From the NCBI GenBank assembly GCA_016219925.1, contig JACRJU010000010.1, forward strand, positions 32,147 through 96,146: a stretch of DNA of 64,000 nucleotides, read 5' to 3'. Both the position numbers and the translations under genes were made by a program. Origin of the DNA: Candidatus Uhrbacteria bacterium (lineage in GTDB: Bacteria > Patescibacteriota > Patescibacteriia > UBA9934 > GWF2-40-263). The notes under the pieces were generated by a model. It saw only the letters and a list, made by a program, of their open reading frames with translations. It had not been told where the DNA came from and made no database searches. Positions 50,540 through 58,825 of this stretch are shown here, piece after piece. How positions within the stretch are numbered: position 1 is the first letter of the stretch; every line of letters begins with the position of its first letter.

Positions 50540-51313
50540 CTACGTTTTGAGAAGTTGATCAATAGCCGCTGATACAGAGCTGTATGGGAGAGCTCCTTTG
50601 ATCGGGATCGCGTTGCCATCTTTGTCGATGATGAAAGACCCGGGGGTTCCGTTCACTCCTGCGTTTGCGCCATCTTGGGACTGTTGTTGGATCTTTCCGT
50701 CATACTTGCTTTTGCGGTAGCAGTCTTCCCATTGGTTGACGTTCAGACCAAGCTTGCCGGCAAGCTGTTTGTAGTACGCATCGGATTCAGAATCTTGATT
50801 CGCGAAAAGATCATCTGCAAATTCCCAGAATTTCCCCTGCTCGGATGCACACTCCGCGGCGTTGGCGGCTGGAAGAGCGTTGGGATGAAATGACAATGGG
50901 AAATGTCGGTAGATCCAGCGCACTTTTCCATCGTAATTTTTCATGACTTGTTGCATGGTGGGATGAAAATTTTGACAGAACGGACACTGGAAATCGGAGT
51001 ATTCAATAACGGTGATCGCGGCATCTTTTGCCCCGCGGATATGATCCGCATCTGTGACAACTGGGACGGCTGTGGGCTCGGGAGTTGGGATAGTTGTTGG
51101 ATCCGTGACTCCAGCGTCAGCCACGGCTCCCGCGGCGGATGGGGCTTTCAAACCGAGATTGATTGTCCCCCCTTTGAGTATTTGGGTGCCGAGAATGATG
51201 AATCCAACCGTGCACAGGACAAGAATGGCGGTCACGAAACCAAGCCAGAATGCACTTTTGGCATTCAAGACATCAAAAAGAGATGAGGGTTTGTTGGGTG
51301 AGAGTTGATCCAT
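50540..51313 (-). CDS. DsbA-like thioredoxin-fold thiol:disulfide oxidoreductase, membrane anchored
   Basis: N-terminal transmembrane anchor and a 'CPFC' active site. Confidence 0.7.
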   Translation of the reverse strand: MDQLSPNKPSSLFDVLNAKSAFWLGFVTAILVLCTVGFIILGTQILKGGTINLGLKAPSAAGAVADAGVTDPTTIPTPEPTAVPVVTDADHIRGAKDAAITVIEYSDFQCPFCQNFHPTMQQVMKNYDGKVRWIYRHFPLSFHPNALPAANAAECASEQGKFWEFADDLFANQDSESDAYYKQLAGKLGLNVNQWEDCYRKSKYDGKIQQQSQDGANAGVNGTPGSFIIDKDGNAIPIKGALPYSSVSAAIDQLLKT

Positions 51314-51361
51314 AGAGTAGAGGTTAAAAATACCAAAAAAGAAGCGGGTCGACCTCGGGTC

Positions 51362-51739
51362 TTAAAATCCGTGTGTGGCAAAAAGATAAGGGAGAAATTG
51401 GTCACCTAGAGGCCCACCTCTGCGACGGAGCCGCCATTGTTTGATCAAAAAACTTACGGACGGACGGAGAATATTAACCAGAGGCAAGAGCACGACAACG
51501 AGAGTCATCACAATCAGACTGATGTTCATCTGAACACTCGTCACCATGCCAAGTTGGTTGCTTGAAAGAGGAAGTGGGGCGCTGATATGTTCAACCGGGC
51601 AAAATGATCCGTGTTCATGTTGCGTTTCAAATAAGCCGCAGTGCGCGCCAGCGAGAAGAAGAAAACTGGAGAAGGCCAACAGGATCACCAGAGTCCATGA
51701 TTGATTTTTGAGGGCGTGCACAGTCATAACAGGCGTCAT
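51362..51739 (-). CDS. Small membrane protein with Cys/His motifs, hypothetical
   Basis: 'AHCGLFETQHEHGSFCPVEH' flanked by transmembrane helices. Start trimmed to avoid the divergent xer gene. Confidence 0.3.
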   Translation of the reverse strand: MTPVMTVHALKNQSWTLVILLAFSSFLLLAGAHCGLFETQHEHGSFCPVEHISAPLPLSSNQLGMVTSVQMNISLIVMTLVVVLLPLVNILRPSVSFLIKQWRLRRRGGPLGDQFLPYLFATHGF

Positions 51740-51796
51740 TGTAGCACGGGGCTCTCTTGGGTGAAAAGTACAAGCGTCGTATAATACAGAGGTCTT

Positions 51797-52720
51797 ATGA
51801 AATCTCTTCAAGCCTTTATCACGGATTTTTTGGAATATCTGGAAGTCGAGCGTGGTCGCAGTGCGCGGACGATTCGCAACTACGATTTTTATTTGCGCCG
51901 GTTTGCGCAGTTTGCTGGAAATATCCTTCCACCAAAGATTACGCGTGAAACCGTTCATCGCTATCGGTTATTTTTGAATCGTCTGGAACAAGGCCGTCAA
52001 GAAGTGACGCTCAAAAAAAGTACGCAGAATTATCATCTCATTGCCTTGCGCTCATTTTTGAAATATCTTTCGCGTCATGATGTTGCGAGCCTGCCCGCTG
52101 AACAGATCGAACTTGCCAAGCAGTCTAAGCGCACCGTGGATTTTCTCGAAGCTGATGAACTTGCCCGACTGTTGGCGATGCCGCAGAAAATCCATTCCGG
52201 TTTGATCGCCCTGCGTGACAAAGCGATTTTGGAGTTGTTGTTTTCCGCAGGTTTGCGCGTGAGCGAACTCACCGGACTCAAGATCGAGCAGATCAATCTC
52301 AAACGTGATGAGTTTACCGTGCGCGGCAAAGGCGACAAGCCGCGGCTGTGCTTTTTGTCTGATTCGGCAAAAGAAGCCATCAGAGGCTATCTTGAGAGAC
52401 GCCGCGATCCTTCACCGTTTTTGTTTGTTTCTCATGATCGGGCCAAAAGTGGTCGTAAAGACGGCGGACCACTCACCCCTCGCTCAGTTGAACGCTCGGT
52501 TGAACACTATGCGGTGAGCGCTGGCATCACAAAAAAAATTACTCCTCATACGCTTCGTCATACTTTCGCTACGGATTTACTCATGAGCGGCGCGGATATT
52601 CGTTCGGTGCAGTCGATGCTCGGGCATGAATCCATTACGACAACTCAGGTTTACACCCACATCACGAACAGCCAGATGAAGGAAGTTCACAAACGGTTTC
52701 ATGGGAAACAAAAGAGTTAG
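51797..52720 (+). CDS. Tyrosine recombinase XerC/XerD family
   Basis: 'ARDKAILELLFSAGLRVSEL', 'HTLRHTFATDLLMSGADIRSVQSMLGHESITTTQVYTH'. Confidence 0.85.
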   Translation: MKSLQAFITDFLEYLEVERGRSARTIRNYDFYLRRFAQFAGNILPPKITRETVHRYRLFLNRLEQGRQEVTLKKSTQNYHLIALRSFLKYLSRHDVASLPAEQIELAKQSKRTVDFLEADELARLLAMPQKIHSGLIALRDKAILELLFSAGLRVSELTGLKIEQINLKRDEFTVRGKGDKPRLCFLSDSAKEAIRGYLERRRDPSPFLFVSHDRAKSGRKDGGPLTPRSVERSVEHYAVSAGITKKITPHTLRHTFATDLLMSGADIRSVQSMLGHESITTTQVYTHITNSQMKEVHKRFHGKQKS

Positions 52721-52748
52721 CGGTAGAGTTTTTTTAGGAGTTTTTTGG

Positions 52749-52777
52749 TCGGCCATTGACAAAATGGCCGATTTTTG
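52749..52777 (+). terminator. Rho-independent terminator after xer gene
   Basis: tcggccatt-gacaaa-atggccga followed by tttttg. Confidence 0.55.
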
Positions 52778-52858
52778 ATAAATTGAGCTCTTCATTCCTG
52801 CTGGAAGCGGTTGCTTTCAGAGCGCGGGGGTGGGGTAACAACTTACCGGAGGAGAGGC

Positions 52859-53194
52859 ATGATCGACCTGACAGCCGCTACCTTCGACGGGGTCGTCAAG
52901 AAACACCCCGTCATTCTCGTCGACTTCTGGGCGGCTTGGTGTGCACCTTGCCGCGCCATGATGCCGGTCATCAGTGGGCTCGCGGAGGCCATGCCCGATC
53001 TGGTGATCGGCAAGGTCGACATCGACCCCGAGCTCGAGTTGGCGACGCGCTTTAGGATCAGCGCGATCCCCACGCTCATGTTCATCGTCGAGGGACACGA
53101 GGTTGCGCGCCTCACTGGGGCCACGTCGTTGCCCAAGCTCATCGCTTGGGTGCGCGAGCACCAGGGCGCCGTGGAGACGAACCCGAACACGTAG
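52859..53194 (+). CDS. trxA: Thioredoxin (high-GC island 3)
   Basis: 'VDFWAAWCAPCRAM', 'SAIPTLMF'. GGAGAGG RBS. About 65% GC. Confidence 0.8.
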   Translation: MIDLTAATFDGVVKKHPVILVDFWAAWCAPCRAMMPVISGLAEAMPDLVIGKVDIDPELELATRFRISAIPTLMFIVEGHEVARLTGATSLPKLIAWVREHQGAVETNPNT

Positions 53195-53232
53195 CCGGAG
53201 CGACAGAGAGTCCCCCGGTCTTTTTATTTGTC

Positions 53233-53261
53233 TTGACGCTATGGTACGCTTTGCCTATCTT
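53233..53261 (+). promoter_or_regulatory. Sigma70-like promoter (-35 ttgacg, 17 nt, -10 tatctt) for the kinase-like gene
   Basis: Motif spacing and position 10 nt upstream of the ATG at 53272. Confidence 0.35.
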
Positions 53262-53271
53262 CATAACCTGT

Positions 53272-54129
53272 ATGCCACGCGAACAAAAATTGTATTTGGT
53301 CGAGAACGAGTCAGTTTCAGAGGAACGACACGAACCTCCAGAGATGGAAACGCCAAAAGAGATTCTTGAAGCGGGCGCAGTGAGCAACACCGCGATTGTC
53401 GAAGAATTGGAGCAACACGATTTTAAGTTTGATGGCGCGCGCGAGCGGTTAAGCAGTGGTGTTTTTGGTCCGCTCTATCGCGTGGAAGCAAAAACAAAAG
53501 AAGGCGAGTCCGTAATCATGGTGGAAAAGGTTTTTGCTCCTGGTGATAAAACCAAAACCAAGCGATTTTCTATTTATGAGTCCGATGCCGCTTCGATGGA
53601 ACAAGCCAGCGTTAAACAGCGCGCGCGTCTTGGACTCGTGGATTCTTCCTCTCAAGAGAGGAAGCTTAAAAAAGTGATTATTGATTGGCTTTACAATGAA
53701 GAGCGCGCGCTGAGCGAGCTTTCCGATATCCCCGGCATCCCAAAATCATACGGGGCTGTCTATGAGGGATCTCGTGGTTCTCTGCTTGAACAATATATCG
53801 AAGGGTTTGATTTGTTCGACCTTGCTCAACAAGCACAGTCTGTTGAGCAGATCAACGACATCTTTGATCGGTATCGAGACACCTACACACAAGCAGCTGA
53901 GCGCGGGTACATCTATAACGATCCTTATGGGTCAACGGTCATGGTTGATCAACAGACTTTTCAACCCTACCTGATCGATTGGTATAAACACGCCGCCGGT
54001 TCGATCCAATCGGACGGTCCGGCCAAGGAAAAATTTGAACAAGGCTTGAAAGATTTGGAACAATTCCGAAAAGACACTATCAGTCAGTTTGAGGAAAAAC
54101 ATCTCGCAGAAGTGCGGGCGGCTTTGTGA
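53272..54129 (+). CDS. Divergent protein-kinase-like fold protein
   Basis: Gly-rich loop 'SSGVFGPLYRV', 'VIMVEKVF', catalytic-loop-like 'YIYNDPYGSTVMVD' and DFG-like 'IDW'. Start trimmed to ATG at 53272. Confidence 0.4.
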   Translation: MPREQKLYLVENESVSEERHEPPEMETPKEILEAGAVSNTAIVEELEQHDFKFDGARERLSSGVFGPLYRVEAKTKEGESVIMVEKVFAPGDKTKTKRFSIYESDAASMEQASVKQRARLGLVDSSSQERKLKKVIIDWLYNEERALSELSDIPGIPKSYGAVYEGSRGSLLEQYIEGFDLFDLAQQAQSVEQINDIFDRYRDTYTQAAERGYIYNDPYGSTVMVDQQTFQPYLIDWYKHAAGSIQSDGPAKEKFEQGLKDLEQFRKDTISQFEEKHLAEVRAAL

Positions 54130-54167
54130 TTTTTTAAGATTTAAAGGTGTTGTCTGTTTATTCGACA

Positions 54168-54189
54168 GAGGCCATTGGCCTCTTTTTGG
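54168..54189 (+). terminator. Rho-independent terminator after kinase-like gene
   Basis: gaggcc-att-ggcctc followed by tttttgg. Confidence 0.5.
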
Positions 54190-54245
54190 TCTCTTGGTAG
54201 GGTACAGATACGACCTGGCATAAGGCTCGGTCAAGGGAGGCCATC

Positions 54246-55226
54246 ATGGCACACGTGACCCATCGCGATCTGCTCTTTCCCATCGTCGTGAAGTTCTGGG
54301 GGGTCCGCGGATCCTTCCCGACCAGCGACGTCCGGATCGGCGGGCACACGACATGCCTGACGCTCCAGTTCCCCGACCAACTCATCATCTTCGACACGGG
54401 TTCGGGGATGATCGACCTTGGCAACCATCTGCTCGAGCCGGCGCTCGTGCCTGGAACGACCCTCAAAGACATCGAGGTGTTCACCAAGGTCTGGCTCGGC
54501 CAGACTGGCAACAAGCCCGAGGATCTCGGGCGCGCTCTGCAGGAGCGGTTCCAGGGCAAGAACGGCGGGGTCAACGCGACCGTGATCCACAGCCACGTCC
54601 ACAAGGATCACCTCGACGGGCTCACGGCGTTCAAGCCCGTGTTCCGTCCGGACACGGAGCTCACCTTCATCGGCTCGCGCCACAATGATCTGACGATCGA
54701 GCAGGTCATGGAGCGCTTCGTGTTCACCCCGCCGGTGTTTCCGGTGCCCTGGAAGGTCCTGGGGTCGAGGCGCACCATGCGCGAGATCGCTCCGTCGGGC
54801 GACACCTTCACGATCCCCTGCGCGGTCGGCGACGACATCCGTGTGCGGATGCTGCCGATGAACCACCCCAACCAAGCCTACGGGTACCGGTTCGAGTGGG
54901 GCGGTCGTGTGATCGCGGTCACGCTCGACCACGAGCACGGTCACGACTTCGACCGCAACGTCGTCGAGCTCGCGGACAACGCCGACCTGTGGATCACCGA
55001 GGCGCAGTACACCGATGCGCAGTACGCGCGGTGCAAGGGCTTCGGCCACATCAGCGAGACCGCGGCCGCCGCGCACGCCAAGGCGGCCAAGCCCCGGCTC
55101 GTCTACACGACCCACCACGATCCGGACGCCGGCTTCGACGATGTCCAGCAGATCGCGCGCACCATCCAGGAGTTCTCGGGCGTCGAAGCTCGGTACGCCT
55201 GGCAGGGTAGCGAGGTCCACGTCTGA
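54246..55226 (+). CDS. MBL-fold metallo-hydrolase (high-GC island 4)
   Basis: 'VIHSHVHKDHLDG' HxHxDH motif, plus downstream His/Asp ligands. AGGGAGG RBS. Confidence 0.7.
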   Translation: MAHVTHRDLLFPIVVKFWGVRGSFPTSDVRIGGHTTCLTLQFPDQLIIFDTGSGMIDLGNHLLEPALVPGTTLKDIEVFTKVWLGQTGNKPEDLGRALQERFQGKNGGVNATVIHSHVHKDHLDGLTAFKPVFRPDTELTFIGSRHNDLTIEQVMERFVFTPPVFPVPWKVLGSRRTMREIAPSGDTFTIPCAVGDDIRVRMLPMNHPNQAYGYRFEWGGRVIAVTLDHEHGHDFDRNVVELADNADLWITEAQYTDAQYARCKGFGHISETAAAAHAKAAKPRLVYTTHHDPDAGFDDVQQIARTIQEFSGVEARYAWQGSEVHV

Positions 55227-55234
55227 CCCTTCTT

Positions 55235-55260
55235 CACCAGCTTCTGCTGGTGCTTTTTTA
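55235..55260. terminator. Hairpin terminator after MBL gene, possibly bidirectional
   Basis: caccagc-ttct-gctggtg followed by cttttttat. The stop of the convergent antiporter gene abuts it. Confidence 0.5.
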
Positions 55261-56262
55261 TAGGGCGTTTTTTAATCGTGATATCTGTCCGATCAACAGA
55301 GTGTTTGCTGTCAGGATAATTAAAAAGATGAGGATCAGGGAATTACCACCAAGAAAGATGCCGCCCATCATGGCGACGACGGATGCCCCAAGGGTCGTGA
55401 CGATGTTGTCCATTGCAACTCCGACGATCGCATCACCAATGCGGCCTTTGGGATGAATGGAAAAGCGATGCACAACGATCATCTCCCCAAAACAGCCGAT
55501 GAGCCCGGCCAAAATTCCGGTAATGACAAAAGGGATATGAGTCAGGTGGGAAAAGACCTCCAGAGTTTTGACCATGCTTTCTGCGGCAAGTAAAATCGCG
55601 ATTCCAGATAAGATGAGATCGAACCAAATGCGCCATGATCCGTGACGGTCGTAATAGCGTTCGCCCTGCGCGATTTTTTCGACGGGTGAATCCGGCCGAT
55701 CATTTTTGCGGAAGAGATAAAGTACGGCGATGCACACGATAAATAAAATGATCCCGACAGGAGGAATCAGTTGATACAGATCGCCAACCATTAATGTTTC
55801 AGTTTGCTGAATCTGTCCGAAGAGCACCATGCTGACGGCCACGAAAGCTGTCAGAAGCGTAAGTGTTGTTAAGATGTTGATGGCGCCGTCCATTTCTTGG
55901 CGAGAGGGTTTGACGGCGTGCTGTTTGATGGGTTTGAGCGTTCCGCCGGACGTAAACGGAGGAAACATGAGAACGATTTTGTTTTTTCGGTCTGCGATAT
56001 TTTGACGAAACAGACACCAAACCGCATGAACAATGTTGTAAATGTTTGAACCGAACGTGGTTGATGCCGCGATGATGGCGAGTTGGATCGCACGGACTGG
56101 GTCGGTGTCTTTGACTTGAAGAGAGATAAAGGCCGCGACGATACCGATCACCATGTCGGGGAATGCGGTCCCGAATGCTTGGAGGAATCCGCCAGCCAAT
56201 TTGGTGCGGTCTTTGAGAACATCAGTTGTTTCTTCAATCACTTGGGCCGTGCCGCGAAACAC
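55258..56262 (-). CDS. Ca2+/cation antiporter (CaCA/YrbG family) membrane protein
   Basis: Alpha-repeat-like 'AFGTAFPDMVIGIV' and a second repeat 'GASVVAMMGGIF'. Start is GTG. An in-frame TGA lies 18 codons upstream. Confidence 0.55.
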   Translation of the reverse strand: MFRGTAQVIEETTDVLKDRTKLAGGFLQAFGTAFPDMVIGIVAAFISLQVKDTDPVRAIQLAIIAASTTFGSNIYNIVHAVWCLFRQNIADRKNKIVLMFPPFTSGGTLKPIKQHAVKPSRQEMDGAINILTTLTLLTAFVAVSMVLFGQIQQTETLMVGDLYQLIPPVGIILFIVCIAVLYLFRKNDRPDSPVEKIAQGERYYDRHGSWRIWFDLILSGIAILLAAESMVKTLEVFSHLTHIPFVITGILAGLIGCFGEMIVVHRFSIHPKGRIGDAIVGVAMDNIVTTLGASVVAMMGGIFLGGNSLILIFLIILTANTLLIGQISRLKNAL

Positions 56263-56411
56263 GACGCCGACACCGATACTAAAGACCGCGACGATGACAA
56301 GCGTCTGGAGCCATCATGAATCTGAAATGGGCAAAATCTGATCAATGATAAAAAACCTAAGCCCGAGCGCAAGAGCGAGGTACAGAAGGATTCTTAAAAA
56401 GATCATAGATG

Positions 56412-56488
56412 TGGTGGCCCGGGAGGGACTTGAACCCCCAACCCTGTGCTTAGAACGCACCTGCTCTATCCAGTTGAGCTACCGGGCC
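56412..56488 (-). tRNA. tRNA-Arg (anticodon TCT, tentative), encoded CCA
   Basis: Reverse complement ggcccgg...ccgggcc-a-cca. D-arm gctc/gagc, anticodon loop gtTCTaa with one G·A at the stem end, T-loop ttcaagt. Confidence 0.65.
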
Positions 56489-56544
56489 AAATTCAGTAAA
56501 CTGAATCGGAAGCGTAGATAAATTTTATCACAAAGTCAACCCAT

Positions 56545-57132
56545 ATGCGTACGCGCGTGATTATTGTTCATGGGTGGGGAGGTTTTCCAGAGGAAGGCTG
56601 GTTCCCTTGGCTGAAACAAACATTGGAACAGAAAGGATATACGGTTGAAGTTCCTCACATGCCTCATCCCGATTCTCCGGAAATTTTCCCGTGGGTTTCA
56701 ACACTCGCTCAAGTGGTTGGAGATATTGATGAGCACACGTTTTTTGTTGGGCATAGTATCGGCTGTCAGACGATTTTGCGTTTTTTGGAATCTCTGCCAG
56801 CGGGTCAGACGGCCGCAGGGGCAGTCTTTGTGGCGCCATGGCTTGCTCTTCAGCATTTAGGTGAAGAAGAAATGGAAATTGCCAAGCCATGGTTGCAGAC
56901 GCAGATTGATCTTGTGAAGGTCTTAGAGCATCTTCCAAAGAGCGCGGCGATTTTTTCTGACAATGATCCGTTTGTTTCTATTGAACAGCAGGATATTTTT
57001 CGTGATGAGCTTCATTCGGAAATTGTAATCGAACACAGGCTTGGACACATGAGCGGAGAGGATGGAGTGTCAGAGCTTCCTTCAGTTTTGGTTCATCTTA
57101 TTTCGTTATTTCCGTTGGAGTCGTCGTCTTGA
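56545..57132 (+). CDS. RBBP9/YdeN-family serine hydrolase (alpha/beta fold)
   Basis: 'VIIVHGWGG', nucleophile elbow 'GHSIG'. About 195 aa. Confidence 0.65.
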   Translation: MRTRVIIVHGWGGFPEEGWFPWLKQTLEQKGYTVEVPHMPHPDSPEIFPWVSTLAQVVGDIDEHTFFVGHSIGCQTILRFLESLPAGQTAAGAVFVAPWLALQHLGEEEMEIAKPWLQTQIDLVKVLEHLPKSAAIFSDNDPFVSIEQQDIFRDELHSEIVIEHRLGHMSGEDGVSELPSVLVHLISLFPLESSS

Positions 57133-57173
57133 TTTTTTTTTCTTTCGTTGCTATTCTCTTCGCGTTCGCGCAT

Positions 57174-57249
57174 GGCGGCCATGGTGAAACGGTTATCACA
57201 GCAGGTTGTGGTCCTGTCGTTACGGGTTCGATTCCCGTTGGCCGCCCCA
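57174..57249 (+). tRNA. tRNA-His (anticodon GTG) with encoded G-1 and CCA
   Basis: G-1 + gcggcca...tggccgc-c-cca. Anticodon stem gcagg/cctgt with loop ttGTGgt. T-arm acggg-ttcgatt-cccgt. Confidence 0.75.
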
Positions 57250-57303
57250 CACAAAACCCCCGGCTTTTGCCTGGGGTTTTGTGTGAGAGATAAGAATCGA
57301 ACC

Positions 57304-57322
57304 CGTAACGACGATCAACAAC
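57304..57322. repeat. Inverted 19-nt copy of the tRNA-His variable/T-arm region
   Basis: gaatcgaacccgtaacgac is the exact reverse complement of tRNA positions 57216-57234. Confidence 0.6.
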
Positions 57323-57423
57323 ACGGGTACGATGCTTGAAGTGAGCGAGCGGAGAGGCCGAGCGGAGCTCGGACTATCCCGAGCGAGCGAGAGCAATATG
57401 GGCGCCAGCCCATATTCCCGTTG

Positions 57424-57447
57424 GCCGCCCCACAAAATAGACCCCAG
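57424..57447. repeat. Direct repeat of the tRNA-His 3' end (att-like), embedded in a long hairpin
   Basis: attcccgttggccgccccaca-aaa matches 57231-57251. Forms cccgttggcc...ggccaacggg (57427-57489) enclosing acaaaatagacccca/tggggtctattttgt. Confidence 0.6.
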
Positions 57448-57694
57448 CATGCTGGGGTCTATTTTGTTTGGCCAACGGGAGGTGAAGGGGGCATGTCTCT
57501 TTTCTCTTCATTCTATCCACACTTGACACCATTTTTTCCTTCAGGCATACTTCTGCGGGTCTGCTTGTGAGGTGGCTATTTCAGCCAAAATTGCAGGCAT
57601 CCCGGCTGGCCGGATAGCCAGAGCCAGGCCAAACCGGATCGGTTTCCGGAAAGGCCAAACACCAGAAGCCCCAATGGGGCAACAGAGGCTACAG

Positions 57695-58732
57695 ATGAGG
57701 AACCTGTTTCAGATCGCGGTGGAGAATCTCGGCATCGAGAAGCGTCGCGTCGACATCAACGGCGTCACCGTCACGGCCATCAAGGGCTCGCCCGACAACA
57801 TCGCGCGGGTCATCGGCACCGCCCTGCGCGAGGAGCAGTACGACCTCAGCAACCTGATCGGCATGGGCATCTCCCGCGACGGGCAGATCCACCTGATCGG
57901 CTTCGACCCGGACAACGGCGGCAAGATCTCCAAGGCCGAGCTGCCCGAGAACGAGCTCGGGGGGCTCTACCTCGACGGCTTCGACTATGCGCACTTCGTC
58001 GGCTCGATGAAGGACGGCATCGTCGTCAGCGCGTTCGCCAAGGGCGTCCAGGCGACCCCGCAGAAGGGCCAGGCGCTGGACACCTTCGTCAAGGCCGTCT
58101 TCGCGGACGGCAACGTCATCGGCGCCGAGGACACCACCAACACGGTGCTGCTCATCGGCCGCAAGGGCGACCGCGTGCTGTTCGCGCTCGACACCGAGAA
58201 GCCGGACCTGTTCATGCAGGTGACGACGCCGCAGATGATCGGCGAGCCGCGCTACGCGCTGGTCGACCAGCAGACGCTGCTCATCGCCGAGGCCGGGACC
58301 GACCAGGTCTACGCCACCACCGCGCAGGAGCTCAAGACGCTCTTCGAGACCGGCGTGGAGCCGACCTGGCAGATGGCCGCGCTCAAGGGCCTCAGGATCG
58401 AGGACATCTCGCTCGGCATCGGCGACACCAACACCGTGATCGTCACCGCCATCCAGGGCCGCCAGCGCAAGCTGATCCCGACCTGGGCCGGCTGGAAGCC
58501 GACCAATGAGGGCGAGCAGAAGTTCCTCATGAACCCCAGCTACGCCGACGGCGTCGAGTCCGGCACGACCGCCCCGATCGTCCGCACCACGAGCAGCACC
58601 TACGTCGCGGTCGACGGCAACGGCGGCACCTTCCCGCGCCTCACCATCGGGACGCCCGAGGACATCAACCACCGCCTCGCGGTCATGGTCAAGAAGGCCG
58701 AGACCGGCGGCTACGCCAACCTGGCCCTGTAG
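57695..58732 (+). CDS. Hypothetical protein, 345 aa (high-GC island 5), family not recognised
   Basis: Coherent ORF with GC-rich third-position bias and a GAGG RBS. Start set at 'MRNLFQ'; the ORF track runs from 57572, but that start is read as a GTG alternative. Antisense ORF is Arg/Gly/Ala junk. Confidence 0.5.
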   Translation: MRNLFQIAVENLGIEKRRVDINGVTVTAIKGSPDNIARVIGTALREEQYDLSNLIGMGISRDGQIHLIGFDPDNGGKISKAELPENELGGLYLDGFDYAHFVGSMKDGIVVSAFAKGVQATPQKGQALDTFVKAVFADGNVIGAEDTTNTVLLIGRKGDRVLFALDTEKPDLFMQVTTPQMIGEPRYALVDQQTLLIAEAGTDQVYATTAQELKTLFETGVEPTWQMAALKGLRIEDISLGIGDTNTVIVTAIQGRQRKLIPTWAGWKPTNEGEQKFLMNPSYADGVESGTTAPIVRTTSSTYVAVDGNGGTFPRLTIGTPEDINHRLAVMVKKAETGGYANLAL

Positions 58733-58776
58733 GCCGCCCCCCCACAACGTCAGCGCACACTCGCGCTGACACGCTC

Positions 58777-58825
58777 GCACCGCTTCTCGGAGCTCCTCCT
58801 CCAAGCGGTGCGTTTTTATTTTCTG
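58777..58825 (+). terminator. Rho-independent terminator after island-5 gene
   Basis: gcaccgctt...aagcggtgc, a 9-bp stem, followed by gtttttattttctg. Preceded by a second hairpin gtcagcgc-acactc-gcgctgac. Confidence 0.55.

Noticed and set aside
51797-52720. XerC/D-like recombinase as the integrase of the nearby foreign islands
   Set aside because: Host-like GC, canonical Xer motifs, and 5 kb from the tRNA-His att repeats with unrelated genes between. More likely the chromosomal dimer-resolution recombinase. A role cannot be fully excluded.
54231-55220. 329-aa antisense ORF across the MBL gene, and 57689..58804 antisense ORF across the island-5 gene
   Set aside because: Arg/Gly/Asp-rich junk translation. 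The sense ORFs carry recognisable motifs, an RBS and terminators.
56083-56341. Plus-strand ORFs 56083..56319 and 56153..56341 opposite the antiporter 5' end
   Set aside because: Charged low-complexity translations antisense to a membrane-protein gene. No RBS.
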